Shown here in pieces: positions 47,234 to 57,377 of a DNA stretch of 64,000 bases; within the stretch, counting starts at the first letter, position 1, and every line of letters starts with the position of its first letter. The DNA is from a virus (Duplodnaviria > Heunggongvirae > Uroviricota > Caudoviricetes). The notes under the pieces are model-generated. The model ran no database searches and had not been told where the DNA came from. It worked only from the letters and a program-made list of their open reading frames with translations. The DNA lies in IMG/VR virus record IMGVR_UViG_3300005918_000018; one strand, written 5' to 3'. The translations under genes were made by a program, and so were the position numbers.

Positions 47234-47430
47234 TAGTTTTTCTTCATGAGGTTAAAGGTTTTGGCCCCCTCAACACATTTGGGGTTGTCATTGCAATACC
47301 TGACGTTCATGTCCATCGTGCCTGCGGGCATATTCATGTCAGCACTTATATCCCGTTTAAACACGGAGATTTGGGCATCCGGTCGTTCTGTATCACAAAC
47401 GTGACATTTCCATTTTAAATCATTCATCAT
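47233..47430 (-). CDS. small zinc-ribbon protein
   Basis: 65 aa. CHVCDTE..CNDNPKC. Confidence 0.4.
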   Translation of the reverse strand: MMNDLKWKCHVCDTERPDAQISVFKRDISADMNMPAGTMDMNVRYCNDNPKCVEGAKTFNLMKKN

Positions 47431-47556
47431 TTAAAGCCCCATTTCTTAGGTTGAAATATTAGAGAGACTACTATTCCGAATAGAACTAAGATACAAGCTA
47501 CACCAACCCCTTCCAGGATTAGTACCATTATGGACTCAATTTCAGTTACTGGGATT

Positions 47557-48366
47557 TCAGTCATCGTCTTCATCCTTTAAGTGTTCCTTCATACGGGAGT
47601 CAACATCTGCTGCATCTCCCATTACAGAAGGTTTTTGATCTTCTGCCCATTTGTAGACCTGTTTTGTGTCTGGCATCTTCTGAGTTTTGAACATATTATT
47701 GACAACAGCATTCGGGCAAAGAGGCATTAGTCCTCGAATGGTCGGGAGTGAGTTGCACCCCATTGAAACACCTTTGTGTTTTCCATCCTGAATATCTTTC
47801 ATGTGTTCGTCCCAGTTAGAGAGGGTCTCCAGATTATAGTTATTGGTTGCCAGCTCGTAGTTTGAATACTGTTTCTGGCCTGTGATTTCTTTAAGACACC
47901 AATCAGGAACTACTACAACAGAACCTTCAGGATCATTTTTATCTTCAGGGTCTGTGTATTCCAACTCAGCAATACGAAGACCTTTGTAACGATCCTCATA
48001 AAGGTCTACTTCAAAGACATGGTATGAAACCAGATTCATGATACAATACCGTACCTTATGAATTACAGCATCACCACAACGATCTATTAATGAATAAGCA
48101 TCATCAAGACTGATAGGGAATTCAAACTCATCCCTAGTAGTTCCGGCAGCATCTAAGAAATCACTCTTTAGGGTTAGATAGGCCATATCTTTTATCAGAG
48201 GGTGTCTGTTTTTAAGCTCTTTTTGAACACGTACTCGAACAACCATACCAGAGAATTTCCCAAGATAACCTTGAATGATATCATAAACATCCTCAGCTTT
48301 CTTAAGTAGGTCGTTTTGATAATAACTGGCACTAACTAACCAACGGCGTTCTATTTCTTTTGACAT
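47557..48366 (-). CDS. CYTH-domain (triphosphate tunnel metalloenzyme-like) protein
   Basis: N-terminal 'EIERRWLV' is the CYTH ExExK-type signature. Confidence 0.5.
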   Translation of the reverse strand: MSKEIERRWLVSASYYQNDLLKKAEDVYDIIQGYLGKFSGMVVRVRVQKELKNRHPLIKDMAYLTLKSDFLDAAGTTRDEFEFPISLDDAYSLIDRCGDAVIHKVRYCIMNLVSYHVFEVDLYEDRYKGLRIAELEYTDPEDKNDPEGSVVVVPDWCLKEITGQKQYSNYELATNNYNLETLSNWDEHMKDIQDGKHKGVSMGCNSLPTIRGLMPLCPNAVVNNMFKTQKMPDTKQVYKWAEDQKPSVMGDAADVDSRMKEHLKDEDDD

Positions 48367-48375
48367 TGAAACCTC

Positions 48376-48846
48376 TTATTTCCCTGTAGAGCCTAACCCA
48401 CCTTCACCACGGTCGGTGTCGTTGAGTTTTTCAACTTCGTTCAGTGACACTCCTGCCAGATGAGCTACGAAAAACAGTTGGGCTATCCTGTCGTTTTTAT
48501 TGATAAGGTAAGCACTATCCCCTGTGTTCAACAGGATGACCTTGATATTCCCACGATAATGGGAATCTATAATGCCAGGTGAGTTCACGATGGTAATACC
48601 GTGTTTGGCTGCCAATCCTGAACGAGGGGTTATCATTGCAAAATATCCGACGGGAGTTTCCAAACTGATTCCAGTATCTACAATCAGACGTTGACCTGAA
48701 CAAATAGACACAGCATCTGCTGAGGGTAAATCCCATCCCGCATCTGTGGGGTGAGACTTGCTGGGTGTATTGATGCTGTCGTCAGTTTTGTGGAAATTGA
48801 TTAAGTTCGGGTTGGGGGGCTGATATATCTTTACTAAATCACTCAT
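48376..48846 (-). CDS. dut: dUTP diphosphatase
   Basis: 'RSGLAAKHGITIVNSPGIIDSHYRGNIKVILLN' is dUTPase motif 3 (GxIDxDYRG). The start is at the internal Met MSDLVKIY (the ORF extends to 48906). Confidence 0.85.
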   Translation of the reverse strand: MSDLVKIYQPPNPNLINFHKTDDSINTPSKSHPTDAGWDLPSADAVSICSGQRLIVDTGISLETPVGYFAMITPRSGLAAKHGITIVNSPGIIDSHYRGNIKVILLNTGDSAYLINKNDRIAQLFFVAHLAGVSLNEVEKLNDTDRGEGGLGSTGK

Positions 48847-48922
48847 AGGAATCCTTTCGTTTACAATAAAATAATGTCCTTGAATAATAATACCCCATAA
48901 TGGCATCCAACTGTTTTAAAAA

Positions 48923-48999
48923 TGGTGGGTCTGTACGGATTTGAACCGTAGATCGTCCGGTTATGAGCCGGGTGCATTAACCAACTATGCTACAGACCC
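48923..48999 (-). tRNA. tRNA-Met/Ile2(CAU) copy 1
   Basis: Minus-strand read GGGTCTGTAGCATAGTTGGTTAATGCACCCGGCTCATAACCGG..TACGGTTCAAATCCGTACAGACCCACCA. Confidence 0.65.
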
Positions 49000-49183
49000 T
49001 TTATTCTAATTCTGAATCTAGGAGTACGAAACCAAGGCATCTGGAACAGGTGGCCGTTCCAGAACCTGCAAATTCCATAAACACATGGAATTGTGAACAA
49101 TGAGGGCATTTTAATAGAAAGAACCTGAATGTATACATATTAGTCCTCCATAAAGTGGAGAACATCATCAAAAAATTGACTTT

Positions 49184-49381
49184 CTAGTCTGAGTTCTCAG
49201 CCCATAACGGAGCGTTCTCGTTTACATACTCAGTTAAAAAATCTCTAGTTCCTCTATCTTTTTCACTATCTTGTTTTTTCAGAGTTTCAATGAACTCGTC
49301 TAATTGGTCTCCAGCCTTAACATCCTCAATTACCATAGTTAAGAAATCTACACACATTTCAAGATTAGTCATAAGAATACC
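49184..49381 (-). CDS. small hypothetical protein
   Basis: Probable start MKGIL or MTNLEM. The listed ORF extends into the tRNA-Cys gene, so it is truncated here. Confidence 0.35.
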   Translation of the reverse strand, partial: GILMTNLEMCVDFLTMVIEDVKAGDQLDEFIETLKKQDSEKDRGTRDFLTEYVNENAPLWAENSD

Positions 49382-49467
49382 TTTCATAAATTGGAGCAGC
49401 TGTCCGGATTCGAACCGGAACCTCTGGATTTGCAATCCAGCGTCTTTGCCATTTTGACCACAGCTGC
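49382..49467 (-). tRNA. tRNA-Cys(GCA)
   Basis: Minus-strand read GCAGCTGTGGTCAAAATGGCAAAGACGCTGGATTGCAAATCCAG..CCGGTTCGAATCCGGACAGCTGCTCCA. Confidence 0.7.
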
Positions 49468-49468
49468 A

Positions 49469-49542
49469 TGGTGACAGGAGAGGAATTTGAATCCACAACC
49501 TCTCGAATATGAGTCGAGGGCTCTACCATTGAGCTATCCTGC
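49469..49542 (-). tRNA. tRNA-Met(CAU) copy 2
   Basis: Minus-strand read GGCAGGATAGCTCAATGGTAGAGCCCTCGACTCATATTCGAG..TGGATTCAAATTCCTCTCCTGTCACCA. Confidence 0.7.
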
Positions 49543-49962
49543 CTTAATTTTTGGTTTCGTTGTTAAACGAAACGAACCCATTAAAAAATCTCCAAGGTTC
49601 TTCATATTTTCAGTTCTTATATCCATACTGCCCTCTTTATAGACGGCTATTGCTTTTTCTTCAAGCCCCTTATGGAACTTATATAAACTTTCCATAGTAT
49701 GATCTCCGTTCCCTAACCCTACAGGGGAACCACAGTCGTTATTTTCCCATTCATCAGGTTCCATAGGTCGGATGTTTTTTATTTTACCACCAAAAAGATC
49801 AATGAAGATTTGTATAAGGTACATATCAAATTCATCTCTGACTTCGGGTCTGTCCCATTGCATAAGGGATTCTTCTAATTTAAAAATCCTTCCAGCATCA
49901 GTATGAAGTCTGTAAACGTCTCCAAGTTTTCTTAAATCCAATTTCCCGTGATATCCCATCAC
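49534..49962 (-). CDS. hypothetical protein
   Basis: 142 aa. Confidence 0.45.
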   Translation of the reverse strand: MMGYHGKLDLRKLGDVYRLHTDAGRIFKLEESLMQWDRPEVRDEFDMYLIQIFIDLFGGKIKNIRPMEPDEWENNDCGSPVGLGNGDHTMESLYKFHKGLEEKAIAVYKEGSMDIRTENMKNLGDFLMGSFRLTTKPKIKAG

Positions 49963-50291
49963 TCCCCCTTTTCTTCGAAGAATGGAAAGGGGACTCGTTG
50001 AGTCGAACTTTCCATTACAATTTTACCACCACCGTCTATATATACAAGACCTTTGGCCCCATGCTCATTCTCAACCATGTCTGCTTGAGAACGCTGACAC
50101 TCAGGACAAGAAACAATTCTCATCTCTGGTCGGTCAAATGGGTGAATTGGTTTCCCATCTTCATCCCATGCAGTCAGCTTTGTGTTTCCTGTGAACTGGA
50201 AATGGAATCCTTGAACAGGTTTGTCGGCTGTTCCAGGCAGTTCCAGTTTTTCTTTGTCGCCCCATTCCTTGCCACATTTACACTTGTTCAT
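49959..50291 (-). CDS. Cys-rich hypothetical protein
   Basis: 110 aa. CKCGK..CPECQRS. Confidence 0.45.
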   Translation of the reverse strand: MNKCKCGKEWGDKEKLELPGTADKPVQGFHFQFTGNTKLTAWDEDGKPIHPFDRPEMRIVSCPECQRSQADMVENEHGAKGLVYIDGGGKIVMESSTQRVPFPFFEEKGE

Positions 50292-50300
50292 AATTACTCC

Positions 50301-51098
50301 TTATAAAATGGTTCCGGGAGAAGGAATCGAACCCTCGTCTGATGAACCAAAATCATCCGTCTTGCCGTTAGACGATCCCGGAATGTATCCTTTTTTTACC
50401 CATTTTCTTATTGAAGTATTACTAACTCCCAACATACTAGCAACCTCCAACTGGGTTTTTTCTTTTAGCAGTATTAAAAGTTCTTGAAAAGATATATCTA
50501 CTGGGATAGCTTTTGTTTTCATTATGCAAAAGAAACATAACCCAGATTTACCATGTTTTGTGATTGCACGGCCACATTTTTTACAATTATATGCCTTTTT
50601 TCGTTTGGAAGCCCCACAAAAAGTAGGTTGCTGGCTGTTGCAATTAGGGCATAGTAGACGTAAATTTTCTAATCTGTGATCGTCTCGGACTCCGTTTATA
50701 TGATCCAAAACTAGAACTAATGGTTTCTTGTCCCACATAGGGAGCAACCCGCAAAGGACACATTTGTTTTTTAGTATTCCTTCGTGTAAAAGACGTTTTT
50801 TCAAATGACCCCTACTGTAAGTAGAGTGTTCCACCATTATTTTTTCAAGTGGTCTTTTCTGTGCTTGTCTGCGTTCCTTTAGTTTCCCACAGTTCTTTTT
50901 TAAACTGTTTCGTACAAACTCATTGTAATCTAAACCCATTTCTTGCATTCTGTTTTTTACAGTATAGTGGTTCCCCCCAACCCCTTTCAACCCAAAAAAC
51001 TCTAATACTTCTCTAATGGAATCACTATTGTTTAGAAGTTCGATGAATTTGTCGTCTTCTAATTTCCATATAGGGCTTCTTCGTTTTCTAGTGTGCAT
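50301..51098 (-). CDS. HNH homing endonuclease (paralog of 14831..15598)
   Basis: 'VLDHINGVRDDHRLENLRLLCPNCN'. The probable start is MHTRKRR (GAGG RBS). The ORF reads ..IPG then continues 27 codons straight through the tRNA gene. Confidence 0.75.
   Translation of the reverse strand: MHTRKRRSPIWKLEDDKFIELLNNSDSIREVLEFFGLKGVGGNHYTVKNRMQEMGLDYNEFVRNSLKKNCGKLKERRQAQKRPLEKIMVEHSTYSRGHLKKRLLHEGILKNKCVLCGLLPMWDKKPLVLVLDHINGVRDDHRLENLRLLCPNCNSQQPTFCGASKRKKAYNCKKCGRAITKHGKSGLCFFCIMKTKAIPVDISFQELLILLKEKTQLEVASMLGVSNTSIRKWVKKGYIPGSSNGKTDDFGSSDEGSIPSPGTIL
50309..50380 (-). tRNA. tRNA-Gln(UUG) (tentative), embedded in HNH ORF 3' end
   Basis: Minus-strand read TCCGGGATCGTCTAACGGCAAGACGGATGATTTTGGTTCATC..GAGGGTTCGATTCCTTCTCCCGGAACCA. 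Confidence 0.6.
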
Positions 51099-51323
51099 AC
51101 ATAAACCTCTGTTATTAATAGTTAGAACCTGTACTATTATCAATGGTATAGGTTTTTTAGAATAAGTCAAGGTTTAATTACCTGCTGGACGACACCCGAA
51201 TAATTATCGGTTATACCACATAATATGAGTGTAAGATTTATCTACCTTACCACTCGTAACATCCGAGGGTTTAACCACTCAAGAGTGACAGGTTTATTAT
51301 CATCCTTAGACATTGGCATCTCC

Positions 51324-51361
51324 TTGTAATACAACAACCCACGAAAATCAAAAACTAAGCC
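51324..51361 (-). promoter_or_regulatory. conserved phage promoter-like motif copy 10
   Basis: Upstream of the HNH gene on the minus strand. Confidence 0.55.
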
Positions 51362-51401
51362 GTTATTACCAGCTTGGTATTCTTATAGGGTATAATACCC
51401 T

Positions 51402-51776
51402 ATGAAAGGAAATGTCATGCCTAATCCAAATATTCAATGTTCAGCTTGTGGGAAACCAATCTACAGGTCTCCTCGTCAGATAGCCAAATCAAAAACAGGT
51501 CTTTTCTACTGTTGTAAAGCTCATCAGAAGAAATGGCGTTTCTACAAGATGACAGCATATCGGAAATTGGCTTTCGATAATTTCCCTCATAAATGTGATG
51601 AATGTGGTTATGATTTCATGGAGATCCTTGAAGTTCATCATGTGGATTTCAACCACAGTAACGACCAGCTCGACAATCTTCGGATCTTATGCCCGAACTG
51701 TCATCGGGAAATCCATTGGTACGGACGTGGAGAAGCTGCTATGGAAGCAGCTTATGAACCTGACTGGGAAGATTGA
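51402..51776 (+). CDS. HNH endonuclease
   Basis: 'HHVDFNHSNDQLDNLRILCPNCH'. Confidence 0.8.
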   Translation: MKGNVMPNPNIQCSACGKPIYRSPRQIAKSKTGLFYCCKAHQKKWRFYKMTAYRKLAFDNFPHKCDECGYDFMEILEVHHVDFNHSNDQLDNLRILCPNCHREIHWYGRGEAAMEAAYEPDWED

Positions 51777-52013
51777 CGGTTCTTCAACAACCTAACTAAT
51801 CTCGTCCGATACATCCAAGGTATATAGGATTTTAATATTGATGGCCCATACGTAACAGGTTGTAACCCTACCAAAGGTTTTGCTTCCAGGCCATTGGTAC
51901 CTCTAAGATGGGAGAGTCACTTGCTTTAAGTTTCTTCAATATCTCCCGGACAATTTCATTCCTGTGATGCTCTGGACCACATATCAATACCATTTTCGGA
52001 TCAGGGTCGTCCA

Positions 52014-52229
52014 TTACATATCCTTAAATCGGGTAGCAGCCAGTAACCATCCTGCTGCTATTGTGGAACTCATCCACCCTATTACCCAAGCCCAAGGGAT
52101 TCCTTGAGAGGGGTTTTCAACAAACCCGTAAACAATGTCAGCAAATACAAGGATAAGTGATACGATAACAAGCACCAAACCAAACACCCAGCTATTCTTA
52201 GTTGGTGGGTTATATTTTGGAGTTCCCAT
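52014..52229 (-). CDS. small membrane protein
   Basis: 71 aa, 2 TM helices. Confidence 0.45.
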   Translation of the reverse strand: MGTPKYNPPTKNSWVFGLVLVIVSLILVFADIVYGFVENPSQGIPWAWVIGWMSSTIAAGWLLAATRFKDM

Positions 52230-52241
52230 GACAGTTTCCTT

Positions 52242-52640
52242 TCAAATACAAGATAGCCCAACGTATGCAGTCAAGGACAAAGTGCTTCGATTCCATTCCA
52301 CTTTGTGCATCCATACAGTAATAATACCCTCAAAATCCTTGTTTTCTCTCAGAGCTGTGTCCTCTAGTACGGCAACACGCTCTGCAATCCAGAACCCAAG
52401 TTCTTGATACTGCTTTAATAAAGCTGTATCATCCCGAACTTTTGCTGTATAGGACAACCGTGTTAAAGGAACAATAACATGTTCCTTGGTTGGTTTAAGC
52501 AACAAAACATTTTCACCACCAGCCCCGATTATGAGGGGCTTCTCTTTAGTCTGTGGTTTAGTCGGTTGTTTTACTGCAAAGTCTGCTCCGTTGTAATCAT
52601 ATGGGATTACGTCAGTTACTGTTTTGGTTTCAATGTGCAT
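52242..52640 (-). CDS. hypothetical protein
   Basis: 132 aa. Confidence 0.45.
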   Translation of the reverse strand: MHIETKTVTDVIPYDYNGADFAVKQPTKPQTKEKPLIIGAGGENVLLLKPTKEHVIVPLTRLSYTAKVRDDTALLKQYQELGFWIAERVAVLEDTALRENKDFEGIITVWMHKVEWNRSTLSLTAYVGLSCI

Positions 52641-52659
52641 AACATTTCCTTTTAAAAAT

Positions 52660-52733
52660 GGTGGAGCTTGTCGGGCTCGAACCGACCACCTTCTGCGTGC
52701 AAGGCAGACGCTCTTCCAGATGAGCTAAAGCCC
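52660..52733 (-). tRNA. tRNA-Ala(UGC)
   Basis: Minus-strand read GGGGCTTTAGCTCATCTGGAAGAGCGTCTGCCTTGCACGCAGA..GTCGGTTCGAGCCCGACAAGCTCCACCA. Confidence 0.75.
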
Positions 52734-52736
52734 CGA

Positions 52737-52881
52737 ATTACCAATTCATTCTTTGTAACATTTCCAAATGAAGCTGTAGGTTCCCAGCTACCCGACGTGC
52801 CTTCTGTAACTCGACGGTCATCTGTTTAGCGGATTTGGTAAATCCTTTGTCGTCATATTTACAAAGTTTGTATCTGTACAT
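52737..52881 (-). CDS. small hypothetical protein (unlisted ORF; approximate)
   Basis: ~47 aa, MYRYKLCKYDDKGFTKSAKQMTVELQKARRVAGNLQLHLEMLQRMNW. Confidence 0.3.
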
Positions 52882-52944
52882 CTCAACAATATCATCCTGA
52901 TGAGCTATATTTTTTTTCAGTTTCTTGGATCAGATTATCTACGT

Positions 52945-53523
52945 TCATGGTGTATACATTCCTCTATGTTCTTCCAAGAACTCATTAGTACCATGTCGAG
53001 TATCTTTACCCGATAAAATATCTTTTAATCGGCGGTCGTATAATATTACGTTCACGGCAGCAGCCAAATTCAGGCAATGGGCTGTCGGAATCGTCACGAA
53101 ACTGTGTGCCCAGTTCAGAACCGACTTTGGTAATGACCCGTCTTCTGGCCCAAAGATATAAAGAGCATTCTCTGGGTGTTCAAAGTGTACCAGATTTTCC
53201 GAGTTCGGTCGAACTTCTATGGCCACAGGGGTCACATCAATTTTATCAAAAGCTTTCCAATATTGATCATTGTGAATAACTTCTACTTTTTGATAACCCT
53301 TCATCCGTTCCTCCCGTGGGAGTCGGCTGAGGTCATCCAATTTATCAATCACTCGGTCTCCTGTGAACCAAAGCTGGTTCATTCCCCAACAGGAACAGGC
53401 TCTTAGAGCATTGCCTACGTTGTGTGGGTCACGGGGATTAATGAGAAGGACTCCTGGTGGCACCGGTGTTCGTTTCTTCATCATCTCTTGGATGTATTTG
53501 GCTTTAACTGCTTTAGTGCTCAT
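52945..53523 (-). CDS. SpoU/TrmH-family RNA 2'-O-methyltransferase (SPOUT)
   Basis: 'HNVGNALRA' is motif 1. 'IFGPEDGSLP' is motif 2. 'IPTAHCLNLAAAVNVILYD' is motif 3. Confidence 0.75.
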   Translation of the reverse strand: MSTKAVKAKYIQEMMKKRTPVPPGVLLINPRDPHNVGNALRACSCWGMNQLWFTGDRVIDKLDDLSRLPREERMKGYQKVEVIHNDQYWKAFDKIDVTPVAIEVRPNSENLVHFEHPENALYIFGPEDGSLPKSVLNWAHSFVTIPTAHCLNLAAAVNVILYDRRLKDILSGKDTRHGTNEFLEEHRGMYTP

Positions 53524-53527
53524 TTAA

Positions 53528-53689
53528 TTATATCCGCCCATTTTCGTTGAAAGCATTAAACTTTTCTTCATCGGTCATGTTGTTCATACGTCGTTCTATC
53601 AGACGGTCACGTAATACCAAAATACCTATTGAAACAAGTGTGATACCAACAAATGTGATACCAACAAATAAACTAGCTGTTAAACACAT
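53528..53689 (-). CDS. small membrane protein (unlisted ORF)
   Basis: ~53 aa, MCLTASLFVGITFVGITLVSIGILVLRDRLIERRMNNMTDEEKFNAFNENGRI. Confidence 0.35.
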   Translation of the reverse strand: MCLTASLFVGITFVGITLVSIGILVLRDRLIERRMNNMTDEEKFNAFNENGRI

Positions 53690-53959
53690 AACATTTTCCT
53701 TTCGAGTTATGACGGGGCTGCAACCCCATTATAAAAACCTGACCCCTTGAGGGGGGACGAGAGGTCAGGCCACGGTGGTTTGGTTAAGAAAGTAAAGAGT
53801 AAAAAGTTTATGGCTCAACCGCTGTTTGATATCAGTTCCGGCTCCCCGTGCTAAAAAAGCTCTCGGTGCCTTCATGAGTGTGTAATCACGGTGTTTCTAG
53901 CCATTTTCATAATCCTGTTAGGGATCGATTTAACCTCACCAACCATGTATAAAACCAGC

Positions 53960-54526
53960 TTACTCAAAGAGAGCTGGCTCCAATCCTTCAATTTCAACCT
54001 TGGTTCCATTACCTATCTGAATAGCTTCTCGAAGGGCAGATGCTCTCCGTGCTGCTGTCTTGGCCAATAGCTGAGAGTCAGTAACCGTAATCTGCTTCTC
54101 AGCATATTCAGTACCTTCTTCCCGACTACGTTTCAGACTCTCACCAAAATCATAACGATCCATTTTCTTAGGTTTGGAAAGATCACGCCATTTCTTTTCT
54201 ACACGTCCAGCACCACCGACCAATTTAATAGCCATAGTTAAAGAGATATCTTGACCTCCAACTGACACTTTTACTTTTTGATTGTAGAGAGCCTGAGCAG
54301 CTTGCACCTGAGCAAAATTAGCTTCTGCTTCACGAAAAATTGACATTGCAGCTACAGGGCTGGGTTTTTCCTCATCTTCAAACTTCCAAATGGAATCATC
54401 AAAGATATGTTCAGCCGTTTCTTTAGCAAAAGCCAGTTCTTTCAAGGCTCTCATCAATTGGTATCCAGTAACTTCCATAGTCAGTACTCCTCTTAAACTT
54501 AATAAAACCCTGACAGGCTTTAACAC
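53960..54526 (-). CDS. coiled-coil hypothetical protein (partner of SPFH gene)
   Basis: 188 aa, predicted alpha-helical. Immediately downstream of the SPFH gene. Confidence 0.4.
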   Translation of the reverse strand: MLKPVRVLLSLRGVLTMEVTGYQLMRALKELAFAKETAEHIFDDSIWKFEDEEKPSPVAAMSIFREAEANFAQVQAAQALYNQKVKVSVGGQDISLTMAIKLVGGAGRVEKKWRDLSKPKKMDRYDFGESLKRSREEGTEYAEKQITVTDSQLLAKTAARRASALREAIQIGNGTKVEIEGLEPALFE

Positions 54527-54552
54527 CTGTCAGGTGATTAAATCACGTTCAG

Positions 54553-56547
54553 TTAAACTTTCGGGGCATCCATCATCGATCTCATCCGTTTAGTCATCGT
54601 TTTTTTAACCTTGGGGATAACATCATCACCGTTGGCCATGCCCGTCAGGGTTGCAAAGAGTCCGTCCATGGCACTCCCACTGCCACCACCGGTTACGAGA
54701 ACCTTCGGCATGATGTTCATACCATTCTCAGACAAGGAACGAGCCACGTTGACTACTGTAGTTCCCTGCTGACCAATGGCCTCCACTTGCTTCTGATAAC
54801 CCTCAGCAAGACCAAGAGCAGTAGCTCTGACTTCGGCAGCTTTAGCAGCACCCGTCATTTCGATGTATGTTGCTTCACCATCAGCTTCGTTTTTACGAGC
54901 ATTGGCTTGGTTCTCAGCAATTTCCATACCGAGTTGGGAACTAACCAGATCTTTCTGCTTGTCAGCCTGAGCATTGGATTTCTCCATCTTGACACGTTGG
55001 TTCTGAGACTCAGTCTGTTTCTTGTAAGTTTCGATTTCCTGATTGGCAATTTCACGTTCGGTCAGGACTTCTACCAACTGTGCTGGCAGGATAACATCCT
55101 GAATATAGACACCACGGACTTCAACTTCATACTGGCCTAAATGCCTCACGATATGGTCGTTGGCTTCTGTTTGGATGGTTTGACGATCCTCAATGAACTT
55201 GACAGCAGCCATTGTTTGCAGCTTATCCCGGAAATGGTTACCAACGGCAGCTTGCAAAACTTCATTGATCAGATTTGCCATAGTTCCGACCATCGAAATA
55301 ACCTGTGGGGCTTTCGTGTCAGGAACATGAATCTGCACTTGAAGGTCGATAGTAAATACAAAACCTTCCTTGGATTTAGCACCAATCGAACTGAGCTGTT
55401 TGTCAAGGTCATGAGCGTCAGAAGTAGCATTTGCCCAGTTCAGAGTCAGGATGCTGGTAGGCACCTTTTCAACCTGATAACAACGGGGATTTAAAGCATA
55501 CTTACCTGTACGAAGAGGTTCTTGCCAAATACCACGGTGACCAGGTCGGACAAGAGAGCCAAATTTGAACTCAGCACCAGAGATGTCTTCTGTAACCAAA
55601 CCGACATAGGCTTTGACCACGGCAACTTGACCCTGTTGGATTACCAACATTGGAGCTTTTTCTACTCTAACGAGGAAGGGGTTCAGTGCATATGCACCAT
55701 ACATCAACGGATCATGCTGGAGTCCCATTGTCCCGCCTTCGTCGAGGAACTTCTGGTAATCCTGATAGTTGTTATGTTTGTCGTTCTGGCTGCCGAGCAA
55801 TAGCTCAATCATAGCAGCATCAGAAATTTTATCTTTGCTTGTTTCTATGTCCCCGATGTCTTTGAATCCATTCATACGGGATGCAATATCACCAGCAGGA
55901 AGTGGAGGTCCTTCAAGAGTTGTCACGATACCAATGATATCCTTAACTCCGTTGTTGGAGGAATCTGGTTCGATGACAGTCAACTTGAAACAACTGGGGG
56001 AAAGTCCAAATCGTTCTGAGCCTCGAACTGCTTTTTTCACGTCTTCGGACATTGGAAGCCCGAATACTTTGTCAGAAGTAACGACAAGGAAAGCAACAGG
56101 ATGGATTGGGACGATAGTTCCTGGAGATAGCACAGGACGTTGGATACCTTTTTGACCACCGTTTTCAATGAATACCTTCAAGTCACGATAGTCACCGAAG
56201 ATTTCTTTGTAAGCAGCAGATTTAGCACCGATAGGCAAAGGGTCTCCAATCTGAGATTGAACCACACCAATTTGGCCTGGAGGTACTTGCACCCACGGAT
56301 GTTTTTCAACGGAATAAATTGGCCAGAGCATGAATCTCAAGCCAGGCATCAACAAATCAGCTTGATAACCGGCTTCACCATTGAAGGCTATCGGGTTATC
56401 CCCACTCAGTTGTTTAAAGGCAAGGTTTTTGGATACAAGTCCAACCTCGTCCTCATCAATAAAGTGGAACGACTTGATCACCATTCCGGTGATCACGCCT
56501 GCTATAACAGCAAGCACAGCTACAACAAAAAGCACAAGACCAGTCAT
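54553..56547 (-). CDS. SPFH/band-7 (flotillin-like) membrane protein
   Basis: N-terminal TM 'LVLFVVAVLAVIAGVITGMVI'. Band-7 core. Long C-terminal flotillin-like coiled coil (EIANQEIETYKKQTESQNQR...). Confidence 0.65.
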   Translation of the reverse strand: MTGLVLFVVAVLAVIAGVITGMVIKSFHFIDEDEVGLVSKNLAFKQLSGDNPIAFNGEAGYQADLLMPGLRFMLWPIYSVEKHPWVQVPPGQIGVVQSQIGDPLPIGAKSAAYKEIFGDYRDLKVFIENGGQKGIQRPVLSPGTIVPIHPVAFLVVTSDKVFGLPMSEDVKKAVRGSERFGLSPSCFKLTVIEPDSSNNGVKDIIGIVTTLEGPPLPAGDIASRMNGFKDIGDIETSKDKISDAAMIELLLGSQNDKHNNYQDYQKFLDEGGTMGLQHDPLMYGAYALNPFLVRVEKAPMLVIQQGQVAVVKAYVGLVTEDISGAEFKFGSLVRPGHRGIWQEPLRTGKYALNPRCYQVEKVPTSILTLNWANATSDAHDLDKQLSSIGAKSKEGFVFTIDLQVQIHVPDTKAPQVISMVGTMANLINEVLQAAVGNHFRDKLQTMAAVKFIEDRQTIQTEANDHIVRHLGQYEVEVRGVYIQDVILPAQLVEVLTEREIANQEIETYKKQTESQNQRVKMEKSNAQADKQKDLVSSQLGMEIAENQANARKNEADGEATYIEMTGAAKAAEVRATALGLAEGYQKQVEAIGQQGTTVVNVARSLSENGMNIMPKVLVTGGGSGSAMDGLFATLTGMANGDDVIPKVKKTMTKRMRSMMDAPKV

Positions 56548-56589
56548 TACGTTTCTCCTTACAGAGGGTTAAATGGTAGCACTGAAAAT

Positions 56590-57330
56590 ATTCAAAAATC
56601 AATATTCGTTAAATTGTTATCTCCTTAGTAGGAGGTGTTGTTTATGTTACCCTTATTTACTGACGAAGAATTTGAAAAAGCTAAGTCCAGAGAAAAACTC
56701 CCACTGAAATGTAAGCATTGCGGGAAAACTTTTTATCAAACTAAGAATCAAATTCAAGTTGGGTATTCCCCCAAGTATCATACAAAATGGGAATTCTGCT
56801 CTCCTTCCTGTATGGGTTCTTATCGGTATAAAGGTCACCGTATTGATTTTAACTGTGAACAATGTAGGAAATTATCCAGTAAGTTAAAATCTGCATATAA
56901 AAGAACAAAACATCATTTCTGTTCAAAATCTTGTTCAGCTACTTATCATAACCAAAGAAAACAAACAGGAACTCGGAGATCAAAATTTGAAGTCTGGGTT
57001 GAAAAACAACTGGTCTCCTTGTATCCAAATCTTGAGTTCCATTTTAACAAGAAAGACACCATTCAATCAGAACTAGATATCTACATCCCCTCTCTCAAGC
57101 TGGCTTTTGAGATAAATGGGGTTTTTCATTATGAACCTATCTTTGGACAAGATAAACTTGATAAGATTCAAAAAAATGAAAAAGGTAAATTTGCTGCCTG
57201 TATTGAAAAGAACATCAGTCTTTGTATTATTGACGTTAGTACTTTAAGCTACTTCAAGCCTAAAAAAGCTCAGAAGTTCCTTGACATAATTACTAATATC
57301 ATTGATCAAGCTATCAGCCTGGATTCATAA
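56590..57330 (+). repeat. dispersed paralogous cassette B
   Basis: Leader AATATTCGTTAAATTGTTATCTCCTTAGTAGGAGGTGTTG plus CDS, ~80% nt identity to cassettes A and C. Confidence 0.7.
56635..57330 (+). CDS. Zn-ribbon + putative nuclease-like protein, paralog B
   Basis: 231 aa. Same architecture as 27345..28040. Confidence 0.6.
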   Translation: MLFMLPLFTDEEFEKAKSREKLPLKCKHCGKTFYQTKNQIQVGYSPKYHTKWEFCSPSCMGSYRYKGHRIDFNCEQCRKLSSKLKSAYKRTKHHFCSKSCSATYHNQRKQTGTRRSKFEVWVEKQLVSLYPNLEFHFNKKDTIQSELDIYIPSLKLAFEINGVFHYEPIFGQDKLDKIQKNEKGKFAACIEKNISLCIIDVSTLSYFKPKKAQKFLDIITNIIDQAISLDS

Positions 57331-57377
57331 TCCAGTTTCCATCCAATGCCTCGTGGAGGCTGCTTGACATCATTGGA

